Part shown: positions 26,501-35,435 of the stretch, piece by piece
Numbering within the stretch: position 1 is the stretch's first letter
Layout of the letters: each line of letters opens with the position of its first letter
Origin: a virus
IMG/VR virus record: IMGVR_UViG_3300017774_005745
Location: 96,001-160,000 of that record
DNA: 64,000 bases
Strand: one strand, 5' to 3'
The notes under the pieces: generated by a model
What the model was told of the DNA's origin: nothing
What the model saw: only the letters and a program-made list of their open reading frames with translations
Databases searched by the model: none
Position numbers and translations under genes: made by a program

Positions 26501-26670
26501 GAAGTCCTTCCATCCAGGTCTTCTAGATAGGCTTTATCGTCGTCTGCCCATACACGCAGGTGTCGACCGCATTGACATGTAACGAGTGTACCATCCTCCC
26601 ACTCGCCGTCTTCGTTCGATGGCAATGTCTCGCACGGTTCTTCGCACCAAGGACAGTCGAGGTAATTCAT
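26497..26670 (-). CDS. Small Zn-ribbon protein
   Basis: CPWC...CQCG; ATGA overlap. Confidence 0.65.
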   Translation of the reverse strand: MNYLDCPWCEEPCETLPSNEDGEWEDGTLVTCQCGRHLRVWADDDKAYLEDLDGRTS

Positions 26671-26897
26671 CGTTGGCTCCCGCAGGTGGGGCAAGGGTTG
26701 AACCAGTCTCCATCTCTGTCGTTGTAGCCACCGCTACGACCGACGTGCTTACACATGGTAGTGTACGCTGTGATGGCAACTTGGAGCAGATTGATTTCTT
26801 CTTGTCGCTCTTTGATGAGATTGCGGAGCTTGTCCACCTCTCTCTTGAGCTCTCCATCATGGAGACCCGTCTTGATGTTGAATGTCAGCTCAGCCAT
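26667..26897 (-). CDS. Hypothetical protein
   Basis: Coiled coil followed by CKH...CPTCG. Confidence 0.7.
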   Translation of the reverse strand: MAELTFNIKTGLHDGELKREVDKLRNLIKERQEEINLLQVAITAYTTMCKHVGRSGGYNDRDGDWFNPCPTCGSQR

Positions 26898-27102
26898 GCT
26901 CTCTCCCAGTCTCTTTGGTGTCGCCCTTCAGGGCTGCGATCTGTTTCTCTAGTTCAGCGATGTACTTCGCGTTCTCTTCGAGCTTGGTCCATACATCGGG
27001 ACTTGCCCATACGACGTACTCTTCTCCTCCATAGGGGCCATCACGGTCCCAGAACTTGTGAACTGCATCGGACACCCCGATATTACGAACAGACCTGTTC
27101 AT
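26890..27102 (-). CDS. Hypothetical protein
   Basis: ATGA overlap with the upstream ORF. Confidence 0.6.
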   Translation of the reverse strand: MNRSVRNIGVSDAVHKFWDRDGPYGGEEYVVWASPDVWTKLEENAKYIAELEKQIAALKGDTKETGREHG

Positions 27103-27506
27103 TGCCTTGCCTTTACCCATGATTCGAAGAGAGCAAGCTCTCCTACTGCACGGGAGTGGTTGCTTCCAAAAGAGAGAGCAAGTGCGACTGATGCCATGTA
27201 CTCCGCTCTCATTTCACGAATTGCTTCTTCATCCATCTCCGCATCATCCATGAGACGACCTTCCCAATGCCTCCTCTTTGGTTGATGGGTTTGGAGCTTG
27301 TCTTGGAAGACCTTCTCGAAAGAACGCAGTGCTGCTTGAGCGTTATTTGCGATAATGTTCTGATTGTACTGGTCTTTCTCCTCTGATGGGTCTCTCCCAA
27401 AGAACCCATCACCCGCGTTGTCGCACATGCCTGCATGGTCCTTCTTCAGCTCACACTGAATGTTCCAGGCCATGGACCACTTAGGGCACCTATCCTTCTT
27501 CTTCAT
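27099..27506 (-). CDS. Hypothetical protein
   Basis: GGAGGA RBS before the ATG at 27506. Confidence 0.65.
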   Translation of the reverse strand: MKKKDRCPKWSMAWNIQCELKKDHAGMCDNAGDGFFGRDPSEEKDQYNQNIIANNAQAALRSFEKVFQDKLQTHQPKRRHWEGRLMDDAEMDEEAIREMRAEYMASVALALSFGSNHSRAVGELALFESWVKARQ

Positions 27507-27828
27507 TGCTTTCCTCCATTGGGCCTGGATGGTCGCAGTCGGCGTAGTGCTTTTGACACTCATCGCACCATGGCTCTCCACAACAATCACACTCGCTACA
27601 CTCTGCAGCGAGTTTCATTGGGAGCTTCTCTCTTTGCAATCGGAGAGCTTCATCGATGAGCGCCTGCCTCTGTGGCTCACGCTTGCCCTTGAGGCAGAAG
27701 CTACAGACGAATGAAGACTCACTGAGCCTGTGCTTCTTGCAGATTGGGCAGAGCTTCCTGGATGGATCGAGAGTGAGCATCTGCTCCTCTTGACGTACGC
27801 TAATCACTCTGTCGAGGAACTTATTCAT
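27490..27828 (-). CDS. Cys-rich hypothetical protein
   Basis: CPIC, CSFC, CSECDCCGEPWCDECQKHYADC; ATGA-coupled to the radical SAM gene. Confidence 0.7.
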   Translation of the reverse strand: MNKFLDRVISVRQEEQMLTLDPSRKLCPICKKHRLSESSFVCSFCLKGKREPQRQALIDEALRLQREKLPMKLAAECSECDCCGEPWCDECQKHYADCDHPGPMEESNEEEG

Positions 27829-28607
27829 TCATCGGCTCCGAATAGGACAGTCGCTCCAATCGCTCGTTTGTGCTCCATCGAGAGATTACTCTCCAGCCCA
27901 CACTTGTTGCACTTCATCTCAATCAGAGACTTTGTGAGCTGTTCAGGAGTAGAATCGACATCTCCGATTTTGAAACAGTTGCGAGTCTCACCCGCCATCA
28001 TGGACCCGTCACTTGAGATGCTTGGGCTGCAGTGGCCTGACATACCAACTGCAGCACGTGACCGCATCACAGCAATAGCCTTTCGGATATCGCCCAGACT
28101 GCGAGTAGCAGAGCGGAGATTGAAGCTCGAAGGAGCCTTCTTCGTAGGGAGTTCGCTCTTCTTGCCCACGTATCTGCCGAGTGGGAGCATTGCTGTCAGT
28201 GAGTCTACGTATGAGATTCGAGAGTCCTCCACATGCTCAATTTGAGAAGGGTAGAACCTCTTATCGTTCGTCACCTGAATGAAGAGCCCTTTCCACTCAG
28301 GACGTAGGATACTTTCCCTGAGTTCCTTGTTCGCAATCCAACTCCCATTGCTGATGAGGATTGGAATGAGACCAGAACTGAAGACATCTTGGATAAGCGT
28401 CAAGATGTCTGGGTGCTCTGTCGGTTCACCACCACTCAAGAGGATGTTTGGTGGACATCCAATGCCCCAGGCTTCTGCTTCTACTTTAGCAGTAAGCTGG
28501 AGCGCTTTGAGAAACGTCTCTCTCGTCATGTGCTTCCCAGCGACTGTCGAATCCTCCATGCAGTGGCTGCAGCCCATTGAACAGTAATTCGTTACCTTGA
28601 TGAGCAT
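27825..28607 (-). CDS. Radical SAM enzyme with a twitch/SPASM-like C-terminal tail
   Basis: CSMGCSHC (CxxxCxxC), SGGEPTEHP, ISNG; C-terminal C..SI..DG......NC..IG...CNKC. Confidence 0.92.
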   Translation of the reverse strand: MLIKVTNYCSMGCSHCMEDSTVAGKHMTRETFLKALQLTAKVEAEAWGIGCPPNILLSGGEPTEHPDILTLIQDVFSSGLIPILISNGSWIANKELRESILRPEWKGLFIQVTNDKRFYPSQIEHVEDSRISYVDSLTAMLPLGRYVGKKSELPTKKAPSSFNLRSATRSLGDIRKAIAVMRSRAAVGMSGHCSPSISSDGSMMAGETRNCFKIGDVDSTPEQLTKSLIEMKCNKCGLESNLSMEHKRAIGATVLFGADE

Positions 28608-28614
28608 GTAGCTC

Positions 28615-28917
28615 CTAGTGCTTGTAGTGAGTGTGCTTTGGCTTGGTCCTGGACACGTGACCCTTCGCCTTGAGGTCAAACTCTTTCGCGTCCTCCTTCG
28701 TCAAGAGTCTGTTCTTGTACTTCTCGAATGCTTCCATACCCACTTCATCTGCAGGCCACGAAGGTCCAGCGCCCTTTACTTCTCCACCTGGATTGATGCC
28801 GAGAGCATGTGAGCGCTCAATTGCGTCCACGAAGCTCTCAGCCTCGATGAGAACGCCACCAAGGAACTGCGAGCCCCTTGGAAGAGTTCCGTCTGCAAAG
28901 CTCAACCACCAGAACAT
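28615..28917 (-). CDS. Conserved phage hypothetical protein
   Basis: WWLSFAD...FLG...GINPGGEV pattern; AAGGAG RBS. Confidence 0.7.
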   Translation of the reverse strand: MFWWLSFADGTLPRGSQFLGGVLIEAESFVDAIERSHALGINPGGEVKGAGPSWPADEVGMEAFEKYKNRLLTKEDAKEFDLKAKGHVSRTKPKHTHYKH

Positions 28918-28927
28918 ATGCATCTCC

Positions 28928-29257
28928 TTAGAGAACTTCATATTCAGTGACTTCGAACAGCACCTTGCCGTCCTGAGATGATTCGAGAATGACCCTGCTC
29001 CCGAGACGCAGCACCGTATACATGTCAATCTCGGTTAAGAGCTTGTCGCCATCTGAGCATTCGAACACCAGCTTCTTTGTCTCTTCGTTGTAGTCGGGGT
29101 CTCCGAAGAACTTCTTCCCATTCCACGTCCCCGTCATCGGAGGCCACGGGTATGGCAGCGTGCTTGGGTCGAAGATGGTGTTTGAGTCGTTCTTCATTGG
29201 GAGGAAGAGGTAGACCGTCTTGTTGTTCTTGTCAGAGAGCTCGAATCGAACAATCAT
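28928..29257 (-). CDS. Hypothetical protein
   Basis: GAGGAG RBS; first gene of a unit. Confidence 0.75.
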   Translation of the reverse strand: MIVRFELSDKNNKTVYLFLPMKNDSNTIFDPSTLPYPWPPMTGTWNGKKFFGDPDYNEETKKLVFECSDGDKLLTEIDMYTVLRLGSRVILESSQDGKVLFEVTEYEVL

Positions 29258-29474
29258 AAGTGCTCCTCAATTTGAGTGAAAGAAATGCTTCAGTGGAAGG
29301 TGTATTTCACCATCAGCTCAAGCCCTAAACAGCATCACGAAGATGCACGAAGTACATCAGTGTTGGTCAATCCGGAAAGTCTAACTGATTACTCTCGTTA
29401 CTACTCTTATGCCACCAGAAACAGCATATTCTGAAGCTAAAAGAAACACTCTTGAATGAGTGTTTCCTTCTTCT

Positions 29475-30233
29475 TCAGCGCATCCCAATTGAGACTGGAA
29501 ACGGGACCTTCGGAAGAGATGCAAACGTCAACTCAACTCCAGTGCCTGCTGCGTTGTTCGACATGCACTGAAGAATGAATTGTCCTCCTGTTGTTTGCGA
29601 CCGAATCATTCTCGATGTTGCATTGAATCGTCGAGGAGTGATTGGTTGAACTGCCTTGAGCACTTGTCCATTTGGGTCGTTTGCTTCTTGGTAGCACCCA
29701 CTCGGAAAGTGCAAAGACGGGAAGAGCACAAACGCTCTCCCACTGCATGCGGGCCCATCAAAGTAGATTGCCTCTCTGATGGGATTGAGTTGAGAACCGC
29801 CATCAGTGACTGGGTCCCATTCCATCGTGGCAACGCAGTTAGAGCTTTGAACGAAGACGCTTCTCAAGCTCTCTGTGTTTCCATTGAACATTGCAAACCC
29901 GACAACACCACCATCTGCCGAGTAGAGCGTGGGGGATGCTGGAGTATCGCCTTGGAGGCCTCTCTCTCCTCGGGCTCCGTTATCTCCTTTGACGCCCTGA
30001 ATGCCTTGCTCTCCCTGAGGACCTCTCGTACCGGAGACGCCTTGAGTGCCTTGGGGCCCTGTAGAGCCCTCAGGACCGTTTGCGATGAAGGCTCTTCCTC
30101 CATCGATGTCAGTCAGCCACACGCCTCCTGCCACTTGCTCGACGATGATGCCCGAGGTGACGTTGTTAGACTCGACGGGGCCAGCACCAGCACAACCGAG
30201 AAACAACACAACAACGAGAATTGAGAAACGCAT
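29475..30233 (-). CDS. Collagen-like repeat lipoprotein
   Basis: MRFSILVVVLFLG-C lipobox; about 14 consecutive Gly-X-Y triplets (GPEGSTGPQGTQG...GERGLQG). Confidence 0.8.
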   Translation of the reverse strand: MRFSILVVVLFLGCAGAGPVESNNVTSGIIVEQVAGGVWLTDIDGGRAFIANGPEGSTGPQGTQGVSGTRGPQGEQGIQGVKGDNGARGERGLQGDTPASPTLYSADGGVVGFAMFNGNTESLRSVFVQSSNCVATMEWDPVTDGGSQLNPIREAIYFDGPACSGRAFVLFPSLHFPSGCYQEANDPNGQVLKAVQPITPRRFNATSRMIRSQTTGGQFILQCMSNNAAGTGVELTFASLPKVPFPVSIGMR

Positions 30234-30284
30234 GGTCATCTCCTTTTGAGAAAGAGGGTGAATTCCGTCTTTCACTTCAATAGG

Positions 30285-30315
30285 CTTATGACCACCGATT
30301 GTTGGTTAATTGCTC
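30285..30315 (-). promoter_or_regulatory. Recurrent promoter-like motif GAGCAA-N19-CATAAG
   Basis: Matches the consensus; upstream of the collagen lipoprotein gene. Confidence 0.55.
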
Positions 30316-30324
30316 TTAAGGGTA

Positions 30325-30365
30325 AAAAAGAGAGACCACCCGAGGGGGGGATCAAGTAGTCTCTC
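30325..30365 (-). terminator. Intrinsic terminator with a long C-rich loop
   Basis: GAGAGAC(TA)...(TG)GTCTCTC followed by U6 on the - strand. Confidence 0.7.
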
Positions 30366-30379
30366 TTGCTGCCGACTGC

Positions 30380-30583
30380 TTAGGCAGCCTGCTTCTGCGC
30401 GTTGGGCACTTCCGCCTTGGCGTTGATCTCCTTCTTCTTGGAGTCCTCGCGCCAGTCGTGAAGCGCGCTGTTGGCGCTGATGACCAGGGACTGCGTGGCC
30501 ATCGCCACGACAGTGCCTGCGGCGACCTTGCCTGCGAAGATGAGGTTGGGCTTGATGCTGTTCCAAATCGAGGCGAAGTTCAT
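30380..30583 (-). CDS. 67 aa highly codon-biased hypothetical protein
   Basis: Own promoter motif, AAAAGGAG RBS and terminator; very high GC3. Confidence 0.8.
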   Translation of the reverse strand: MNFASIWNSIKPNLIFAGKVAAGTVVAMATQSLVISANSALHDWREDSKKKEINAKAEVPNAQKQAA

Positions 30584-30651
30584 GTGTCTACCGCTCCTTT
30601 TCACCCACGAAGGGTGTGAAGACAAGGTTGAATTACCCTGGCTTCAAAACA

Positions 30652-30682
30652 CTTATACCGGGTCTTTTGGCATATTTGCCAG
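30652..30682 (-). promoter_or_regulatory. Recurrent promoter-like motif TGGCAA-N19-TATAAG
   Basis: Matches the consensus. Confidence 0.55.
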
Positions 30683-31117
30683 TTACTGGTCCCTCCCATA
30701 GACAGGCTCAAATACATAGCCTTCTGGGAGCTCTTTTACCCTCTTTTGGGCCTCTTCCCGGATGTAGCTGTCTACCACCTGATGGGCCCTCAAGACGTCA
30801 AATCCTGCAAATCGGAACTCGAACATGATTTGCCCACTGACGGTATAGAACCATGCTTCTTTGATTCGAGAAGGCGCCTTCCCCTGCCTGAAGCGGTCGA
30901 AGGTGTATGCGACCTGAATAGGTACCCACTTCTCCATGAGCAGCCGAGCGGTGAACTCGGCCACTCTTTGATTCGTCTGTTCACCCTCTCCCCAGATGAG
31001 GACGAGTCTGGTTATCTCTCGAATCACCTTTGGGGCGAGAATGATGTATTCCAAACGCAGACGAAGCTGAGTGTAGAGGAAGAGAAACGTGCCTGAGAGA
31101 GTCTGGAATGTGGTCAT
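30683..31117 (-). CDS. Hypothetical protein (possibly leaderless mRNA)
   Basis: ATG lies 5 nt after the GATAAG element at 31123-31128; no SD. Confidence 0.7.
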   Translation of the reverse strand: MTTFQTLSGTFLFLYTQLRLRLEYIILAPKVIREITRLVLIWGEGEQTNQRVAEFTARLLMEKWVPIQVAYTFDRFRQGKAPSRIKEAWFYTVSGQIMFEFRFAGFDVLRAHQVVDSYIREEAQKRVKELPEGYVFEPVYGRDQ

Positions 31118-31184
31118 TGATTCTTATCCCATGCAATGCACTCAAATGTAAAAGACAAGAGGTTTACAGCCTCTTGTCCTTACT

Positions 31185-31772
31185 CTACGCCTTCGCCTTC
31201 TTGAGCAGAAGCGCAAGCACCTCAGCATTGGTGTTGAGCCCGCTCTTCACCTTGAACGCAGCCCATCGAGGAACGAGGTCTGATGCCTCGCTCTGCGTCA
31301 TGTGGATTGCGATGAGGCGCATCCTGCTCTCCGGAGAAGCCAGCTTCTTTCGCAGCTCCGAAACCGCGAACTGAAGCTCTTCCGTGGTTGTCTTGTTCTT
31401 GAACGCCAGCTCGACGTTCTTGCCGATGTTCTTCTCATCGCTCAGACGTCCGAGCAAGTCCATCTTGGTCGTAGAGAGTCGATACTTCGAATCCCACTTC
31501 CCCTCGAATTCCCCCTTGTAGAACAGCTCCCAGAGCCGTTCCATTCGAGTGGCCCACTGCACGGAGATACCGAGGACCTTCTCGGTATACTCCACCCAGT
31601 TGGAGGCGTACAGGTGGAGGAGAGGGACATCAGGGGAGGCTTTCAAGCCCTCGTTGCGCATGCTCCAGAGCAGGCTGGCAAGGCCCCAACCCGTGAGGTG
31701 CATCTCCTTCACCCTCTTCAAGAGGGCCTTGTGAGTGCTCACTGCGTACTTCTCGGGATTGGGCTTGCTCAT
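31185..31772 (-). CDS. Hypothetical (helical, possibly DNA-binding) protein
   Basis: ATGA-coupled; strong codon bias. Confidence 0.75.
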   Translation of the reverse strand: MSKPNPEKYAVSTHKALLKRVKEMHLTGWGLASLLWSMRNEGLKASPDVPLLHLYASNWVEYTEKVLGISVQWATRMERLWELFYKGEFEGKWDSKYRLSTTKMDLLGRLSDEKNIGKNVELAFKNKTTTEELQFAVSELRKKLASPESRMRLIAIHMTQSEASDLVPRWAAFKVKSGLNTNAEVLALLLKKAKA

Positions 31773-32182
31773 TTGAAGAAGCCCTCCAAAGGCGCAGTGA
31801 GGCCACCAACACGGATGAAGCCAACGACGGCCTCCCCTTCCCTCCTGATGTTCAGCTCGGCATCAAACCCGAGCAGCTCCAGAAGCCCATTCAAGAGCTT
31901 CTGCTCTTCGGCGCGAAGACCCGTGGAGGACAGGAACAGCTTCGGACCCTGTTGCCTCTTGGTGTACTTCCGCTTCTTGGGGCTGTCCTCCTTCTTCGAC
32001 TTCTGCAGCCACTCCAGTCGCGCCTTGTTGTGGACTGAGCGCGCGAGGACGAAGTTGTGGGGAACGAGGAGCTTGAGAGAGTTCTCGAAGCTCGGAAACC
32101 GGCCGAGATGGTCAGCTTCGGTGAACAGCACCTCTTTTCGACGATTCGCGTCCTGCGATGAGAGTCTGGTTCTCTTTGACAT
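31769..32182 (-). CDS. Basic hypothetical protein
   Basis: SD hairpin leader; KKRKYTKR patch. Confidence 0.7.
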   Translation of the reverse strand: MSKRTRLSSQDANRRKEVLFTEADHLGRFPSFENSLKLLVPHNFVLARSVHNKARLEWLQKSKKEDSPKKRKYTKRQQGPKLFLSSTGLRAEEQKLLNGLLELLGFDAELNIRREGEAVVGFIRVGGLTAPLEGFFK

Positions 32183-32431
32183 AGTGCGCCCCTCCTAAGG
32201 GGATGAGGAAGTGAAAGTACTTCCTCTAGGCTTCTTATCCCTGCTTTCTGTGTCTCTTTGGTGTGAGCTCAGGTAGTGGACTAAGTTTATAGATATATAT
32301 AAATTATAAACCCTCTACCCCGAGCTGTGCTGGTGTTAAACCGCATGCAAACCCGCCGCAAGGATTGCTTTACGTGGCTGCCCCCATCCCTATTACCAAC
32401 GAGGGCAGCATTAATCTTATAGATAACTACT

Positions 32432-33349
32432 TCATTGCTGAGTTGGGGTCTTGATGAGGCCTCGCTCCTTGGCGGAGTCCAACAGCACCTGCAGCATCGC
32501 GCCAAACTCTGGGATAGCTTGAATCGCGGAAAGGCATCTCCCACAGAGTCTCAGCGTATTGAATGCAGCATGCTTCCCCAATCGCTCAGTGCCTGTTGAG
32601 GAGTGAAGACTGAGCTTCTTGAAGGTCTCGCCACAGCCAATACATACCTGTTGTGAGAGTTCCTTCTTCTGTTGAATGGCGGCAAGACGGCGAAGCTCTT
32701 CATCCCGCTCTCTGTCCAATGCAAGTGCGATTTGGTGGTCATTCTCAAAGCGCTGGCGGGCGTTGAGCTCTTTACACCTCTTACAGGGAGGTCTTTTGTC
32801 TTCCTTCGGCTCTGCGAACGGCCCTCTTTGATCGTACTCATGCGTCTTCCAAACAAACAGGTTCAAATACTGGCGCATTGACCCATTTGCTGGATTGAGC
32901 TCATGAATGTCTGAGTCTTGGAGGCAAAAGGGTCCGTTATGCGCATAGCCAGACAGGATGTGGCGTTTGTCCTCGAAGTCCTTTGGAAGGAGCGCCCGAA
33001 TCTCTGGAATGCCCTTACAGGCACGACAGTGCTTGAAGTTCGTTCTCTGCCCGCAGAACTCACAACTCACCCATTCTGTGACGAGGACACCCTTCTTGAG
33101 CTCAAGCTCAACGAGCTTCTTCAAGGCGGTATGTCTGTCTCGAAATGCGCTCACATCGACCAAAACGCCAAGAAGCCCGAAACGATGATGGAGGTCTTGC
33201 CCACTCATGGTCTCAGTCACATCCAAGTACTGCTTGAGGCGATTCTCCTTGGTCTCATAGACGATTTGATACGTGCTCGCTGGAGCTGGTGGAAAGGGAA
33301 TCTTCGTTCGAAAGAACGCGTCCCTCATGGCTTTAATCTTGTCGTTCAC
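32432..33349 (-). CDS. Multi-Zn-finger protein, paralog A
   Basis: CEFC, CRAC, CKRC, CIGC, LCGRC; GTGA-coupled. Confidence 0.75.
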   Translation of the reverse strand: MNDKIKAMRDAFFRTKIPFPPAPASTYQIVYETKENRLKQYLDVTETMSGQDLHHRFGLLGVLVDVSAFRDRHTALKKLVELELKKGVLVTEWVSCEFCGQRTNFKHCRACKGIPEIRALLPKDFEDKRHILSGYAHNGPFCLQDSDIHELNPANGSMRQYLNLFVWKTHEYDQRGPFAEPKEDKRPPCKRCKELNARQRFENDHQIALALDRERDEELRRLAAIQQKKELSQQVCIGCGETFKKLSLHSSTGTERLGKHAAFNTLRLCGRCLSAIQAIPEFGAMLQVLLDSAKERGLIKTPTQQ

Positions 33350-34044
33350 GTATTCCCCCTTCGTTTGATGACATCACGGCCATAAGCATCATCCAGCATC
33401 ACCTGGAGGAAGTTCTCGAACAGCGGCCCAGTTCGCAGGCGATCGATACATGACCCACAGAGCTTCAGGTTGTTGAACGAATCAGGGGTAGAGGGACTAC
33501 AGATGTCATTATGCGCCTTGTTCAGGGACGCCCGATGGAGCTTGAAATAGGGGAAGTTGCACGCTCTACAGACATTCACAGTCTCTGCCTCTTCTTTCTT
33601 CCTGGTCTCTTCTGCCTCTCTTGACTCTTGTTGTCTGGCTTCTTCGTTAAGCGACATTTGCCTGAAAAGCGCCTGCTCAATGACGCGAAAGCCAGCAGCA
33701 CAGTCGTAACAGCGTGAACGACGTGGGTCTGTCTTTGGAGAAGGAGCCCAGAGGTACTTGAAGAAGTAATACTCCCAAAGGCTCAATGCGATGTTCGTCC
33801 TGAAGAGTGTTTCCTGGATGCAAACCGCTCCCCAAGGGACAAAGACGGGGTTCAGTCCAACCGCTCTCGAATAGGTCATAGGCGGGACCTTCGGAGGCAT
33901 CATGTGGATGAACTGCTCGAAGTTGTCCGGGAGCGAAGCCCTGATTGCTGGGAGCGCAGCGCAAAAGCTGCAAGTAGTTCCAACTGACCCACTGTACCAA
34001 CCACATTCCTTACACTGCAGGGGAGAGAGTTCCTTCGGTTCCAT
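33346..34044 (-). CDS. Multi-Zn-finger protein, paralog B
   Basis: CKEC, CSFC, CYDC, CRAC, LCGSC. Start at 34044, downstream of the GATAAG motif at ~34072. Confidence 0.75.
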   Translation of the reverse strand: MEPKELSPLQCKECGWYSGSVGTTCSFCAALPAIRASLPDNFEQFIHMMPPKVPPMTYSRAVGLNPVFVPWGAVCIQETLFRTNIALSLWEYYFFKYLWAPSPKTDPRRSRCYDCAAGFRVIEQALFRQMSLNEEARQQESREAEETRKKEEAETVNVCRACNFPYFKLHRASLNKAHNDICSPSTPDSFNNLKLCGSCIDRLRTGPLFENFLQVMLDDAYGRDVIKRRGNT

Positions 34045-34342
34045 AGGGTAGAGTTCCTGCCTTTCTACCCTCTTATCCCCTAACTCCTGATTCTTTCTAA
34101 AAACGCGAACCGCCAGGCAACGAAGGACGAGAGCCTCACATGAGAGGAGAAGCAATAGAAGGAGGGAAGGATAGAGGAGAGCTGCCAGTATCTCTATACC
34201 CACCTTGAGTTACCCCTATACCAACCTGAGGTACTCTGTGTTCTGAGCATCGTTTCTACATGCCAGGCCACCTCTGATGGCCCATTCAGATACGCTATAG
34301 GCCTGAAGGCTAAAAAGAGAGCTATCCAAGCCTCTCTTTGCG

Positions 34343-34684
34343 CTACTTGATGAGTTCCTCCAAGCACTTGTGAATCTGCAGCAGCTTGGAATAGCCCATC
34401 GAGACCTCTTCCAACGCCTGCTTCACGACTGCGTTCTTCTCCTTTGGGTCAGTCATGAGGGCGCACAACACAGAGGCTTCAAATCCCGCCTTTGAAGTGT
34501 ACTCCATGCACTCCTCAGCCATCTCTGCGATGGCATCAACTGCGTTCTGCCTGTTGACGCTTTCAACCTCATACTCCTTGGCATCGGCCCAACGAGCGAT
34601 AGCAACATCACCCGTTGCTTGGACCTTCTCCATCATGGCGTGAATCTGCACCAACACATGCTTTACAGCCTCTTCGTGGTTCAT
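34343..34684 (-). CDS. Helical hypothetical protein
   Basis: AAAGGAG RBS; own promoter motif. Confidence 0.8.
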   Translation of the reverse strand: MNHEEAVKHVLVQIHAMMEKVQATGDVAIARWADAKEYEVESVNRQNAVDAIAEMAEECMEYTSKAGFEASVLCALMTDPKEKNAVVKQALEEVSMGYSKLLQIHKCLEELIK

Positions 34685-34728
34685 CGTGTGTTTCTCCTTT
34701 AAGGCGCAAAAGACTCTCAGACATCAGT

Positions 34729-34758
34729 CTTATCCCCTCGCCCTCTCGCCTATTGCTA
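34729..34758 (-). promoter_or_regulatory. Recurrent promoter-like motif TAGCAA-N18-GATAAG
   Basis: Matches the consensus. Confidence 0.6.
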
Positions 34759-34954
34759 GGGCTAAGTCATTTTCAATAGGCCCCAGGAAGGGGGACACAG
34801 TGGTACCCTAGTTATGGGGTCATTTTTGGAGGCCCCCTCTTTGAGCCCGTGAAACAGACCCCCACCCTTTAAAATTTTCTTGGGGATTTAGAGAGCCCTG
34901 CCGTCGTTCCAATACCAATGGGGGCAGGCGCTACTTAGAGGAGGTTTAAAAGTT

Positions 34955-34980
34955 AAAAAACTGGCCCCATGCTGGGCCAG
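34955..34980 (-). terminator. Intrinsic terminator
   Basis: CTGGCCC stem followed by U6 on the - strand, 9 nt after the stop of 34989..35315. Confidence 0.8.
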
Positions 34981-34988
34981 CTCTTCCT

Positions 34989-35315
34989 TCACTTCCCCCA
35001 GACTCGAACGACCAGGGCCGCAATCTCAAGCTGGCTCATCCCAGCAAAGCGGAGCATGTTGCCTCCACGGGCGGCGATGCCTGCGATGATGGGGGTGGTG
35101 AAGTAGCCATTGCCGTACATCTTCTCAATCAGCATAGCTCGGTGGAGCATCAGCTCTCCAACTTCGAGGCTGGCTCGGCGGGAGGCCTCTTCCTTCGTGT
35201 AGAGGAGCTTCCCGACATGAGCCCCAATCCGGATGGCGGTGGGGGCATACATCAGCTCAGTCACCCGAGCGGCAAGGACAGCGAGGAACGTCTGGAACGG
35301 AGTCAAAGTAACCAT
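34989..35315 (-). CDS. Hypothetical protein (monocistronic, high GC3)
   Basis: AAGGAGG RBS; own promoter and terminator. Confidence 0.8.
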   Translation of the reverse strand: MVTLTPFQTFLAVLAARVTELMYAPTAIRIGAHVGKLLYTKEEASRRASLEVGELMLHRAMLIEKMYGNGYFTTPIIAGIAARGGNMLRFAGMSQLEIAALVVRVWGK

Positions 35316-35365
35316 GTGAGTATCCCTCCTTAGGGGGCTGGAGAACGAATGTTCCCCGATAGATA

Positions 35366-35395
35366 CTCATACCGACGATGCCCGTATAATTGCTT
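35366..35395 (-). promoter_or_regulatory. Recurrent promoter-like motif AAGCAA-N18-TATGAG
   Basis: Near-consensus copy. Confidence 0.5.
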
Positions 35396-35435
35396 TAAAG
35401 CTAATAAAAGACAGCTTTTAGGGCTGTCTTCTACC

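Noticed and set aside
33346-34203. Track start at 34203 for Zn-finger paralog B
   Set aside because: The extension is low-complexity and spans a promoter motif at ~34072; ATG 34044 fits better.
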